Part shown: positions 9,923 to 19,524 of the stretch, piece after piece
Position numbering within the stretch: the first letter of the stretch is position 1
How the letters are laid out: the number at the start of each line of letters is the position of its first letter
Source of the DNA: Spirochaetia bacterium
GTDB taxonomy: Bacteria; Spirochaetota; Spirochaetia; SZUA-6; Bin103
DNA length: 64,000 nucleotides
Direction of reading: 5' to 3'
NCBI GenBank assembly: GCA_965203515.1
Contig: OZ241907.1
Coordinates: 2,912,001-2,976,000, forward strand
Program-made: the position numbers and the translations under genes
Notes under the pieces: generated by a model
Seen by the model: only the letters and a program-made list of their open reading frames with translations
The model's database searches: none
What the model was told of the DNA's origin: nothing

Positions 9923-10228
9923 TCACCTGCTCCTCGCCTCCGACATCTCTGACGCCGGCTGGACCTCGGCGATGAGCCGATGCCGATCTCCCGCCAGCTT
10001 GCGAAAGTCGCACTCCACCTGAATTCCGTGCCAAAACTGGTCCGACTGACCGAAGAATGCGCCAAAGCGAATCGACATGGCCGGCGTAATCGACCGCCGA
10101 CCAAGTATGATCTCATCGATCGCGCGCGGAACAACGCCTATCGATCGACTCATGGCGTTCGGCGAGATCCCCATCGGCTTGAGATATTCCTCCAGTAGAA
10201 TCTCGCCCGGCGTAACAGGACCGTTCAT
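9923..10228 (-). CDS. higA: HigA-family antitoxin (HTH); no cognate toxin seen
   Basis: [19 protein letters not shown]...[23 protein letters not shown]; lower GC than its flanks. Confidence 0.85.
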   Translation of the reverse strand: MNGPVTPGEILLEEYLKPMGISPNAMSRSIGVVPRAIDEIILGRRSITPAMSIRFGAFFGQSDQFWHGIQVECDFRKLAGDRHRLIAEVQPASEMSEARSR

Positions 10229-10321
10229 TTCGCGGATACCACCTTACTTGACAAAAAGGATGCCATTGTTCCAAGTCAGGTCGTCAATGTCCTGACGGTG
10301 GCGGTGCCGCCGCCAGCAAGG

Positions 10322-11143
10322 CTACAGCAGGGCCAGGAAGCCGCCGTCCACGTAGAGCACGTGGCCGTTGACGAAGCTGGAGGCGTCGGAGGCCAGGAAC
10401 ACGGCCGGGCCGATCAGCTCGGCGGTATCGCCCCAGCGGCCGGCCGGCGTGCGCTCGCGCACCCAGGCGTCGAACGCCGGATCGTCCTTGAGCGGCTGCG
10501 TCATCTCCGTGGCGAAATAGCCGGGGCCGATGCCGTTGGCCTGTACGCCGTGCGGCCCCCACTCGACCGCCATCGCCCGCGTCAGGAGCTGCAGCCCGCC
10601 CTTGGCCGCCGCGTAGGCGGCGGTGCCGTGCCGCGCCCGTTCGCTCATCAGCGAGCAGGTGTTGATGATCTTGCCGCGGCCGCGCCCGACCATGCCGCGC
10701 GCCACGCGGCGGGCGACCAGGAACGGAGCGGTGAGGTCGGTGTCGATCACCTCCTGCCAGTCCGCGGGGTCCAGATCGACCATCGGCGCCCGGCGCGCCA
10801 TGCCGGCGTTGTTGACCAGTATGTCGATCGGCCCCAGCGTCCGCTCCACGGCGCCGATCGCCTGGTCGGCCGCGCGCGCGTCGCGGGTGTCGAAGGGGCA
10901 CGCGCCGGCCTCGATCCCGCCGGCGCGCAGCCGTTCGATCATCATCTCGACCCGATCGAGGCGGCGGCCGTTGATCAGGACGCAGGCGCCCGCTTCGCCC
11001 AGGCCGCGCGCCAACGCGGCGCCGATCCCGGAGGTCGAACCGGTGATCAGCGCGCGCCGGCCGTCGAGCCGAAAGCCGTTCGCGGTCACCGGTTCGTTCT
11101 CATTGGAGCCGTCCTCATGGAGCCGTCCTTCATGCGGCCGCAT
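10322..11143 (-). CDS. SDR oxidoreductase, gluconate 5-dehydrogenase-like
   Basis: TGSTSGIG, NNAG, YAAAK, GIGPGYFATEM and TPAGRWG. Confidence 0.88.
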   Translation of the reverse strand: MRPHEGRLHEDGSNENEPVTANGFRLDGRRALITGSTSGIGAALARGLGEAGACVLINGRRLDRVEMMIERLRAGGIEAGACPFDTRDARAADQAIGAVERTLGPIDILVNNAGMARRAPMVDLDPADWQEVIDTDLTAPFLVARRVARGMVGRGRGKIINTCSLMSERARHGTAAYAAAKGGLQLLTRAMAVEWGPHGVQANGIGPGYFATEMTQPLKDDPAFDAWVRERTPAGRWGDTAELIGPAVFLASDASSFVNGHVLYVDGGFLALL

Positions 11144-11196
11144 GGTAACGGCAAACGGCGCCCTTCGATATACCGTCCGGCTATACTCCCGGCGTC

Positions 11197-12084
11197 ATGA
11201 CCGCGCACACGCCGATCCATATGTTTGCGCGCTGCCGGCCGGCCGCAGCGCTGCTGAACGCCGCGCTGCTGGCCCTGGCGGCCGCCGGCGCCGGGGCCGA
11301 GGCCGGCCGGCCGCCCGTCTACGACGTCTCGGCAGCCGGCCTGCAGCGCTTCCAGGACGCGGACCTGCGGCAGATGACGCCGGCGACCGTCACGCGTCAC
11401 GTCGACGGGGACACCTTCGACGTCGCGATCGCCGACCCTCCGGCCGGGATGCGGACCGCCGAGACGATCCGCCTGCTCGGCATCGACACGCCCGAGCTGG
11501 GCGAGCCGCTGGGCGCCGAGGCGCAGGACTTCACGGCGCGCCGGGCCGGCGCGGGACCGGTGTACCTTGCGCTCGACTTCAGGCGGCGCGACCGGTTCGA
11601 CCGCCTGCTGGCCTTCGTCTACCTGCGCGACGGCACGCTGCTGAACGCCGAGTTGCTCCGCACCGGGCTGGCCGCCGTGTACCGCGCCGATGACCTGATG
11701 TACTTCTTCGCGCAGTTCGAGGACCTGGAGCGGGACGCCCGGCAGGAAGGGATCGGCCTGTGGGAGGGCCGGACCGCAGGCGTGATCATCGTCATCATCC
11801 GCAACGCCGGCCGCGCCGAGCACGTGGAGCTCCGCAATGACGGCGCCGCCCCGGTCGACATCTCCGGGTGGCGGATCGCGGACGACGACGGCGACATGGT
11901 GTCGATTCCCGATGAGACGATGCTGGCGCCGGCGAGCATGCTGGCGGTGGGCAGCGGCGCCGGCTGCGTGGAGACACCGCATCCCTGCCTGCACGTGTCC
12001 CCGAAGAACATCTGGAGCAACAGCGGCGACGACGCCGCGCTGTACGACCGCGGCGGGACCGCCGTTCACCACTACTCCTACTGA
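11197..12084 (+). CDS. Secreted thermonuclease (SNase) with a C-terminal lamin-tail-like domain
   Basis: VDGDTF, IRLLGIDTPE, DRFDRLLAFVY and GIGLW; C-terminal VELRNDG...DISGWRI...IWSNSGD. Confidence 0.85.
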   Translation: MTAHTPIHMFARCRPAAALLNAALLALAAAGAGAEAGRPPVYDVSAAGLQRFQDADLRQMTPATVTRHVDGDTFDVAIADPPAGMRTAETIRLLGIDTPELGEPLGAEAQDFTARRAGAGPVYLALDFRRRDRFDRLLAFVYLRDGTLLNAELLRTGLAAVYRADDLMYFFAQFEDLERDARQEGIGLWEGRTAGVIIVIIRNAGRAEHVELRNDGAAPVDISGWRIADDDGDMVSIPDETMLAPASMLAVGSGAGCVETPHPCLHVSPKNIWSNSGDDAALYDRGGTAVHHYSY

Positions 12085-12166
12085 CCGGCTCCCGCCGTCC
12101 GACTCCCTGCCGACCGGCCGCCGGCCGATTGACGATCCGGCGGAGCGGACCTACCATCGACCGGTC

Positions 12167-14428
12167 GTGAGCAGCGCGGCCCCACCACCACAGCGCCGCG
12201 AACTGAGCCCGGCCCAACGGACCGCCGCGCAACGCATCTTCTACCTCTTCAACCTGTTCAACGTCTGCTCGTTTCAGTGTCTGTCCGGCAACCTGATCAC
12301 CCTCTACGGACTCCGCGTGGGGCTGGGCAGCGTGATGATCGGCCTGCTGCTGGCCTGCATCCCGCTGGCGCAATTCATGCCGATCGCCGGCCGGATATTC
12401 GTCAACCGCTTCGGCAACGTGCGGTCCATGGGCGTGTTCTGGATCGCCCGTTACGTCCTGGCGGCGCCGCTGCTGGCGGTGTCGCTGTTCGCCGGCGCCG
12501 GTCAGACGCGCGCCGCGGTGGTGTTGCTGTTCATCGGCGTGCTGGGCTTCAACCTGGCGCGCGGGCTCGGCATGACCGGCATGCAGCCGGTCATCGGCCA
12601 CCTGACCACGCCGGAGGACCGCGGCCTGTTCATGTCGCGGATGCAACTCGTCATCCACGGGGTGATCGTGGTGACCGGTCTGCTGATGGGCCTGATCCTG
12701 GATCGGGAATCGCCTCTGGTGGTGTTCACCATCATCCTCGCCGTCGGCGTGGTCACCGGCGTCATCTCCATCTTCTACGTGTTCCGCCTGCCGGAGCCGC
12801 CGCGCGAGCCGCGCGCCGCCCCGTTCCTGCCGGCGGCCGCCGCGGCGCTGCGGGACGCCACCGTGCGCCGCTTCCTGATCCTGGTCCTGGCGGTGTTCGC
12901 GGGTTCGTTCATGGTCACGCCGTTCTTCATCCTGTTTCTGCGGCAGGTCTACGACATGGGGGACGACGCGATCATGCTGATCACGGTGGTCGGCTCGTTC
13001 GGCGCCATCGTCATGGCCCTGCTCAGCGGCCTGATGACCGACCGGATCGGCGCGCAGCCACTGCTGGTCCTGTCGGCCTGCCTCATGGGCGCGGTGATGC
13101 TGCCGCTGGTGGTGGCGCCTCCCCTGCCCGCCCCGGCGGCGTGGGCGTACGGCGCGGCGGCGTTCTTTCTGTTCCTGCTGGGAACGAGCGGGATGCAGAG
13201 CGCCTCCACCGTCTACTTCCTGTCGATCTGCAAGGCCGAAGAGCGGCTCAACCTGGGCGTCCTGTACATGACCGCCACCGGGCTGGGCGGCGTGCTCGGC
13301 TCACTGGCCGGCGGCACGCTGCTCGACCTGCTGGGTCGCGCGCTCGGCGACACCGGCTCGTTCCGCGCCTTCTTCGCGGTGCTGACGGTGCTGTTCGCCC
13401 TCATCGCCGTCGGCATGAACGGGCTGCAGCGGCTGGGCGCCTATCGGGCGCGCGACGTGCTGTCGATCATGTTCTCCATCCGCGACCTGCGCGCGCTCGG
13501 TCTGCTCAATCGGCTGCAGCGGGTGCGCAGTCCGTTCGAGGAGCAGCAGCTCATCCAGGAGCTCGGATCGTCACGCTCCCGCGTTACCGCCCGCGACCTG
13601 ATGCGCAAGCTCTCCTCGCCCCGGTTCGCCGTACGCGCCGAGGCGCTCACCGCGCTCAGCACCGTGGAGACCCGCGAGGACCTGGCGCCGGCGCTGATCG
13701 CGGAGTTGCGCGATCACGACTTCACCACCGCGTACCTCGCCGCCGAGCTGGCCGGCCAGAAGGGGATCACGGAGGCGATCCCCGCCCTGCGGGAGAGCCT
13801 CGGCTCCGCCGATTTCTTCCTCGCCGGCAAGGCGATGGTGGCCCTGGCGCGGCTCGGTGACCGGTCGAGTCTGCCGCGCATCGAGCGGCTCCTGGCCGAC
13901 ACCGACAATCCACGTCTGATCATACACGCCGCCACCGCCCTGGAGCTGTTCGACAGCCCCACGTCGATCCCGGTGCTGATGGCCAAGCTCGACCGCCGGT
14001 TCTCGCCCTACGTGCGCGACGAGCTGATCCTGGCGATCGCGGCGATCCTGGGCGCCGCCGGCTTCCTGTATCCCCATTATCGGCACTTCATGGACTCCGC
14101 CCCCGCCGGCGTGCAGAGCCTGCGCGACGCGTTGGCGATGCCGCGGCGCCCGCCGCCGCTGCGCGAACGGGTGGAGAAGCTGCTGGACCTGACGATCAAG
14201 GACCGCGCGCGCTTCGCCCGGGCCGCCCGTCCGCTGTTGGCCGATGCGGCGCTCGCCGATGCGGGGGCCGGCATTGCGGCGTCCGGCACGCGGGCGGCCG
14301 AGCACCTGGCGGCCGGACTGGCCGACCGGGAGCTGCTGCGCCTGGACCGCTTCCGCTTCCTGGTGGCAGCGCTCATCACCTGGGCGGCGATCCGCGCGCC
14401 GGCCGACGCGCCGGCGGCGTCCGCGTGA
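12167..14428 (+). CDS. MFS transporter fused to C-terminal HEAT-like repeats
   Basis: In-frame GTG at 12167; about 12 TM segments, then helical repeats (VRAEALTALS, EAIPALRESL, KAMVALARLGD, SIPVLMAKL). Confidence 0.78.
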   Translation: MSSAAPPPQRRELSPAQRTAAQRIFYLFNLFNVCSFQCLSGNLITLYGLRVGLGSVMIGLLLACIPLAQFMPIAGRIFVNRFGNVRSMGVFWIARYVLAAPLLAVSLFAGAGQTRAAVVLLFIGVLGFNLARGLGMTGMQPVIGHLTTPEDRGLFMSRMQLVIHGVIVVTGLLMGLILDRESPLVVFTIILAVGVVTGVISIFYVFRLPEPPREPRAAPFLPAAAAALRDATVRRFLILVLAVFAGSFMVTPFFILFLRQVYDMGDDAIMLITVVGSFGAIVMALLSGLMTDRIGAQPLLVLSACLMGAVMLPLVVAPPLPAPAAWAYGAAAFFLFLLGTSGMQSASTVYFLSICKAEERLNLGVLYMTATGLGGVLGSLAGGTLLDLLGRALGDTGSFRAFFAVLTVLFALIAVGMNGLQRLGAYRARDVLSIMFSIRDLRALGLLNRLQRVRSPFEEQQLIQELGSSRSRVTARDLMRKLSSPRFAVRAEALTALSTVETREDLAPALIAELRDHDFTTAYLAAELAGQKGITEAIPALRESLGSADFFLAGKAMVALARLGDRSSLPRIERLLADTDNPRLIIHAATALELFDSPTSIPVLMAKLDRRFSPYVRDELILAIAAILGAAGFLYPHYRHFMDSAPAGVQSLRDALAMPRRPPPLRERVEKLLDLTIKDRARFARAARPLLADAALADAGAGIAASGTRAAEHLAAGLADRELLRLDRFRFLVAALITWAAIRAPADAPAASA

Positions 14429-15354
14429 CGGCGAACCTGCTGCGAGCAGCGCTGCCGGCCGCCGCGGCGGTCGCGCTGGCGGCGTGCGCGACCGGCCTGA
14501 CCATGGCCGGCTCGACTGGCGTCCTGGGAGACAGCGCCGCGCATCCGTTCGCCACCGAGGAGGACCCGGAGCTCGCCGCCGCCGCGCTGCCGGCGTTGAT
14601 CAAGCTGTCCGAAGCGCGGGTCCGGCACGTTCCGTCGGACCCGCAGGCGCGCCTGGACGCCGGCCGGTCGCTGATCGCCTATGCCGGCTCGTTCGTACAG
14701 GGGCCCGCCGAGCTGCTCCCCGCCGGTGCATACGATCGACGCGCGGCCGCCCTGCCGCGCGCCAAGCGGCTGCATCTGCGCGGCCTGGACTACGTGCTGT
14801 CCGGGCTGGAGCTGCGCCGTCCCGGGACCCTGGCGTCGGTGGCGACCGGCCGCCCGGCGCCGCTGCTGAACATCATCGGGGACGCGGACATCGACTTCGC
14901 GTTCTGGGTCGCGGCGGGTCTGCTGGGCGCCCTGGCCGCCGACCGCGATGACGTCGACCTGATGGTCCGCGCGCCGATCGCCGGCGCGTTGCTCAGGCAG
15001 GTGCTGAAATGGGACGACGAGTACGGCGGCGGCCTCGCGCACGAGGCGATGATTCTCTTTCTGGGCGGGCTGCCGGAGGCGGTCGGCGGCGATCCGGTCG
15101 GCGCGCGGCAGCACTTCCTGCACGCGATGGAGGTGAGCGGCGGCGCCTCGGCCACCGCCTACGTCAACCTGGCGGCCACGGTCGCCGTGGCGGAACAGGA
15201 CGCCGACCTGTTCCGCCGGCTGCTGGATGGGGCGCTGGCGATCGACGTAGACGCGGACCCGTCGCGCCGGCTGCAGAACATCCTGGCGCAGCGGCGCGCC
15301 CGCCACCTCCTCGATCGCGCTGACGATCTCTTCCTGAACGCGAGCTCGATATGA
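14425..15354 (+). CDS. TRAP transporter TatT component (TPAT lipoprotein)
   Basis: Lipobox LAAC; EEDPELAAAALP, YAGSFVQGPA and GGDPVGARQHF; lies upstream of QM and P genes. Confidence 0.8.
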   Translation: MTANLLRAALPAAAAVALAACATGLTMAGSTGVLGDSAAHPFATEEDPELAAAALPALIKLSEARVRHVPSDPQARLDAGRSLIAYAGSFVQGPAELLPAGAYDRRAAALPRAKRLHLRGLDYVLSGLELRRPGTLASVATGRPAPLLNIIGDADIDFAFWVAAGLLGALAADRDDVDLMVRAPIAGALLRQVLKWDDEYGGGLAHEAMILFLGGLPEAVGGDPVGARQHFLHAMEVSGGASATAYVNLAATVAVAEQDADLFRRLLDGALAIDVDADPSRRLQNILAQRRARHLLDRADDLFLNASSI

Positions 15355-17357
15355 TCCGCCATCCCGCGAGCGATCCCGCCCCGGGCCCGGACGCGCCGGC
15401 GAAGTCCCGCATCGCGCGCGTCGAAGACGGCATGGTGATCGCCGCGCTCTTGCTGTTGGCGCTGATCCCCACGGCGCAGGTGATCGTCCGGCTGCTGTTC
15501 GACGTTTCCCTGACGGCGATCAACGACTACGTCCGGCATCTGGCGGTCTGGGTCGCCTGCCTGAGCGGCATCGTCGCCACGCGTGAGCGGCATCACCTGT
15601 CCCTGAGCGCCGGCCTGCCCAAGCTGCCCGCCCCGTACGACCGCTGGGCCGCGGTCGGCGCCGCGGCCATCACCGTGGCGGTCACCACGGCCGTGGCCGT
15701 CAGCGCCGCGTCGTTGACGCTGATCGGCTGGGATCCGTACGCGCGGGTCGGGGTGCTGCCCCGGCGCGCGGTGCTGGCGATCATGCCGATCGGCTTCGGG
15801 CTCATGGCGCTGCGCGCGGTCTTCGCCGCCGGGAGGCCGGTCGAGGACGGCCGTTCGGGGCGTGCGGGCATCGCGGCGGGCGTGCTCGGCATCGCCTTGG
15901 GCCTGGTGCTGGCGCTGCCGTCGCTGGTCAACGTGATCATCGCCGTCTCCTGGGAGATCGGGTCGGGGCTGCCGGCGCTGGAGATACCGCTGCTGGACGC
16001 CGCGGACGCCGTGACCGGCGCGGTGCGGTCGCTGCGACTGCCGCTGCTGATCGTGATGATCGTCTCGGCGGTGGCCGGCGTGCCGATCTTCGCCGTACTC
16101 GGCGGCATCGCCCTGGTGATGTTTGCCACCAACGGCGTGCTGGAGACGGTCCCCGACGAAGCGTACGGGATGCTCATCGGCGTGCACGTACCGGCGCTGC
16201 CGCTGTTCGCCGTGACCGGGTTCCTGCTGTCGGAGAGCGGCGCCGGGCAACGCCTCATCGATCTCTGCACCGTCCTGTTCTCCCGGTTCCGCGGCGGACT
16301 GATCATCGCTTCGACGCTGATCTGCGCCTATTTCACCACCTTCACGGGAGCATCGGGCGTGACCATCCTGGCGGTCGGTGGGCTGCTGGCGGCGCTCCTG
16401 GTGCAGAGCGGGTTCCGCAAGGACCTGGCGATCGGGCTGCTGACCGCCTCCGGCAGCATCGGCCTGCTGTTCCCTCCCAGCCTGCCGATCATCATGTACG
16501 GCATGGTCACCCAGACCGACATCAGGGCGCTGTTCGCCGGCGGTATCGGCCCCGGCGTCCTCATGGTGGCGGCCCTGATCGTCTTCACGCTGGTGCGCGC
16601 CCGCCGCATGGCGCGCCGCTCCGCCGCCCCGCGCGGGGCGGCGCCGGCGGGAGCAGCGTATGGCGCCTCAGCTCCGAAGGCTCCCGCCGGACTGCGGGAG
16701 ATCGGCGGAGCGCTGCGGCGCGCCGGCTGGGAAGCGGCGCTGCCGGTGATCATCCTGGTGCTGCTGTTCGGCGGCATCACCAACCTGGTGGAGACGGCCG
16801 CGGTCGCCGTGGTCTATCTGCTGGTGGTGCAGATGTTCATCCATCGCGACCTGCGCCCGCGCGACCTGCCGCGCCTGTTCGCCAAGGCAGCGCCGATCAT
16901 CGGCGGCATCCTGATCATCCTGGGTCTTGCCAAGGCGCTGTCGTTCGCGATCGTGGACGCGCAGGTGCCGCAGGCGTTGGTGCAGTGGTTTGCCGACCGC
17001 GTGCGCTCGCCCTACGCGTTCCTGATCCTGCTCAACCTGGCGCTGCTCATCGCCGGCTGCCTGATGGACATCTTCTCGGCCACCGTCGTGCTGGCGCCGC
17101 TGCTGATCCCGATCGGCGAGTCATACGGTCTCGATGCGGTCCACCTGGGGATCATCTTCCTGGCCAACCTGGAGCTCGGCTATCTGACCCCGCCGGTAGG
17201 ACTCAACCTGTTTCTGGCCTCCTACCGGTTCGAAACGCCGCTGTCGGGGCTGTACCGTTCCACCCTGCCGTTCCTGGCGATCCTGCTGGCGTCGGTCCTG
17301 GTGATCACCTACGTGCCTCCCCTGACCACCACGCTGGTCCGCCTGCTGGGCCTGTGA
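15351..17357 (+). CDS. TRAP transporter fused DctQ-DctM permease
   Basis: FTTFTGASGVTILAVG, SGSIGLLFPPSLP and NLELGYLTPPVGLNL. Confidence 0.92.
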   Translation: MIRHPASDPAPGPDAPAKSRIARVEDGMVIAALLLLALIPTAQVIVRLLFDVSLTAINDYVRHLAVWVACLSGIVATRERHHLSLSAGLPKLPAPYDRWAAVGAAAITVAVTTAVAVSAASLTLIGWDPYARVGVLPRRAVLAIMPIGFGLMALRAVFAAGRPVEDGRSGRAGIAAGVLGIALGLVLALPSLVNVIIAVSWEIGSGLPALEIPLLDAADAVTGAVRSLRLPLLIVMIVSAVAGVPIFAVLGGIALVMFATNGVLETVPDEAYGMLIGVHVPALPLFAVTGFLLSESGAGQRLIDLCTVLFSRFRGGLIIASTLICAYFTTFTGASGVTILAVGGLLAALLVQSGFRKDLAIGLLTASGSIGLLFPPSLPIIMYGMVTQTDIRALFAGGIGPGVLMVAALIVFTLVRARRMARRSAAPRGAAPAGAAYGASAPKAPAGLREIGGALRRAGWEAALPVIILVLLFGGITNLVETAAVAVVYLLVVQMFIHRDLRPRDLPRLFAKAAPIIGGILIILGLAKALSFAIVDAQVPQALVQWFADRVRSPYAFLILLNLALLIAGCLMDIFSATVVLAPLLIPIGESYGLDAVHLGIIFLANLELGYLTPPVGLNLFLASYRFETPLSGLYRSTLPFLAILLASVLVITYVPPLTTTLVRLLGL

Positions 17358-17364
17358 GGTCGAA

Positions 17365-18504
17365 TTGACGCGGCCGGCATCGCGCGCGACCATGCCGGCG
17401 ACCATGCAGAAGTCAAACCAGCGGGAGTCATACCAGCGGGCAGAGCGGCAGTCAGGATCGAGGGGAAACCGCCGGCATGACGGCCCGCCGCGGCGGCCGT
17501 TCGCGCGCCGTTCGCGCGCGGCCCTGGCGCTGTTGGCGCTGGCGGCCGCCGGCGCCGGGGCGCAGAATCTGAAGTTCGGCAGCCTGGCGCCGCAGGATAC
17601 CGTGTGGGATACGGCGATGCGGCGCATCGGCGCCGAATGGGACCGCATCTCCGGCGGCGCCATCGACATCACCGTCTTCCCCGGCGGGGTGGCGGGGGAC
17701 GAGGTCGACATGGTGCGCAAGATGCGCACCGGCCAGTTGGACGGCGCCGCCGTGTCCGCAGTCGGTCTGGCGACCGTCTATCCGGGCGTGCTGGCGCTCG
17801 GCATGCCGTTCATGTTCGAGAACCAGGAAGAGCTGACGTACGTGACCGAGCGGCTGCAGCCGGTAATCGAAGAGGAGTTCGCGCGCCGCGGCTTCAAGGT
17901 GCTGATCTGGACCGCGGCCGGCTGGGTCCGTTTCTTCTCGCGGGAGCCGAACCCGACCCCCGCCGATCTCCAGCGGCAGAAGCTGAACGTCCCGGAAGCC
18001 AGCCCGCAGGTGGTCGACGCATGGAAGGAGGCCGGTTTCCGCATCTCGGAGCATCAGGTCACGGAACTGACGCTCGGCCTGCAGACCGGGGCGGTCGACG
18101 CCGTGCTCAACAGCCCGCTGATCGTCGCCCCGTTTCAGTGGTTCGGCATCGCCAAGCACATGAACGCGCTGAAGATCGCGCCGTTCTACGGCGCGATGGT
18201 GATCTCCGTCCGGTCATGGCGGCGGCTGCCCCGCGATATCCAGTCCGAGCTGCTGGCGGTCGCTCAGGAGATCGGCCGAGAGACGGCGGCGGAGGTGCTG
18301 GCCGCCGAGCGGGCCGCCATCGAGATCATGCGCCGATTCGGCCTGATCATCCACGAACCGACGCCCGAACAGGCGGCCGCGTGGCGGGTGCTGCAGCACG
18401 GCTTCGAGTCGTTGGTCGGGCCGGTCGTGGAAGAGCGCGTCTTCCGCATGGTCACCGACGCCCTGGCCGAGTACCGGGCCGGGCGCGCCGCCGCTTCACC
18501 GTAA
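17365..18504 (+). CDS. TRAP substrate-binding protein DctP (TatP-like); start uncertain
   Basis: LKFGSLAPQDTVW, FPGGVAGDEVDMVRKMRTGQLD and LQTGAVDA. Confidence 0.88.
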   Translation: MTRPASRATMPATMQKSNQRESYQRAERQSGSRGNRRHDGPPRRPFARRSRAALALLALAAAGAGAQNLKFGSLAPQDTVWDTAMRRIGAEWDRISGGAIDITVFPGGVAGDEVDMVRKMRTGQLDGAAVSAVGLATVYPGVLALGMPFMFENQEELTYVTERLQPVIEEEFARRGFKVLIWTAAGWVRFFSREPNPTPADLQRQKLNVPEASPQVVDAWKEAGFRISEHQVTELTLGLQTGAVDAVLNSPLIVAPFQWFGIAKHMNALKIAPFYGAMVISVRSWRRLPRDIQSELLAVAQEIGRETAAEVLAAERAAIEIMRRFGLIIHEPTPEQAAAWRVLQHGFESLVGPVVEERVFRMVTDALAEYRAGRAAASP

Positions 18505-19524
18505 CGCCGGCCGCGACCGGCGGTAGGCGCGTACCGTGCGATCGATGCCTTCGCGGTAGTCGATCGCCGGCCTGAAGCCCAGCACCGCCCGCGCGCGGGC
18601 GATGGAAAAGTGGTAGTCGTGCGAGGTCTGCGCGACCCGGTAGACGGTCAGCGGCGGCTCGCCGGCGGCCGGCACCGCGCGCCAGGCGCGTTCGATCACG
18701 TGGGCAGCCGGCAGCGCCAACCACGCCGGTACCGGCCAGCGCGGCGGAGCGCGGCCCAGCAGCGCGGCAGCGTGCTGCAGGAGCTGCCGCCAGCGCACCC
18801 GCTCGCCCCCGGTCACCAGCAGGACCTCGCCGGCAGCCGCTTCCACCTCCAGCGCCAGCTCGAAGGCGCGCGCCACGTCATCGACGTACACCGGGCAGGT
18901 CAGACGGCGGCCGGCGTCGATGAAGGCCGGCAGCCCGCGGTCGATCGCCTGCAGGATGCGGTAGAAGCTGGTGGTGTCGTCGGGGCCGTAGACGTTGCCG
19001 AGGCGCAGCACCACGGCGCCGGCCATGAGCGCTCGCACGCTCCGTTCGGCGGCCAGCTTGCTCTCCTGATACGGGTTGACCGGCGGGTAGAACGGACCGT
19101 CCTCGGTGGTGCCGCGATGCGGGCCGAAGCCGTGTACGGCCGCCGAGCCCGCGTGCACCAGGCGGCGGCAGCGGGCCGCCGCCGCCGCTCGGCACAGCCG
19201 CGCCGACAGCTCCTCGTTGTGGCGACGGAAGTGCGCGCGCGTTCCCCAGTCGCTGACCGCACCCGCGCAGTGCACGACCGTCGACGCGCCCGCAAGCGCG
19301 GCGCGCGCGCCGTGATCGTGGCTCAGGTCGTGGCGCTGCAGGCGCACCCCGGCGGCGGCCAGCCGCCGCATCCGATCCTCCGGGCCGCCGCGCAGGTAGA
19401 TGCCGCGCACCCGGCGTCCGGTGGCGGCCAGGCGGACCGCCAGCGCGGAGCCGATGAACCCGGAAGCGCCGGTCACGACCGTGTCGACGGGCTCGGAATG
19501 GCCGATGCGCTCAGCCCCGCTCAG
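18496..19524 (-). CDS. NAD-dependent epimerase/dehydratase (3-beta-HSD-like); possible CTG start
   Basis: TGASGFIG, VVHCAG, YQESK and LRLGNVYGP. No in-frame ATG/GTG/TTG between the upstream stop and the start of the Rossmann strand. Confidence 0.82.
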   Translation of the reverse strand: MSGAERIGHSEPVDTVVTGASGFIGSALAVRLAATGRRVRGIYLRGGPEDRMRRLAAAGVRLQRHDLSHDHGARAALAGASTVVHCAGAVSDWGTRAHFRRHNEELSARLCRAAAAARCRRLVHAGSAAVHGFGPHRGTTEDGPFYPPVNPYQESKLAAERSVRALMAGAVVLRLGNVYGPDDTTSFYRILQAIDRGLPAFIDAGRRLTCPVYVDDVARAFELALEVEAAAGEVLLVTGGERVRWRQLLQHAAALLGRAPPRWPVPAWLALPAAHVIERAWRAVPAAGEPPLTVYRVAQTSHDYHFSIARARAVLGFRPAIDYREGIDRTVRAYRRSRPALR

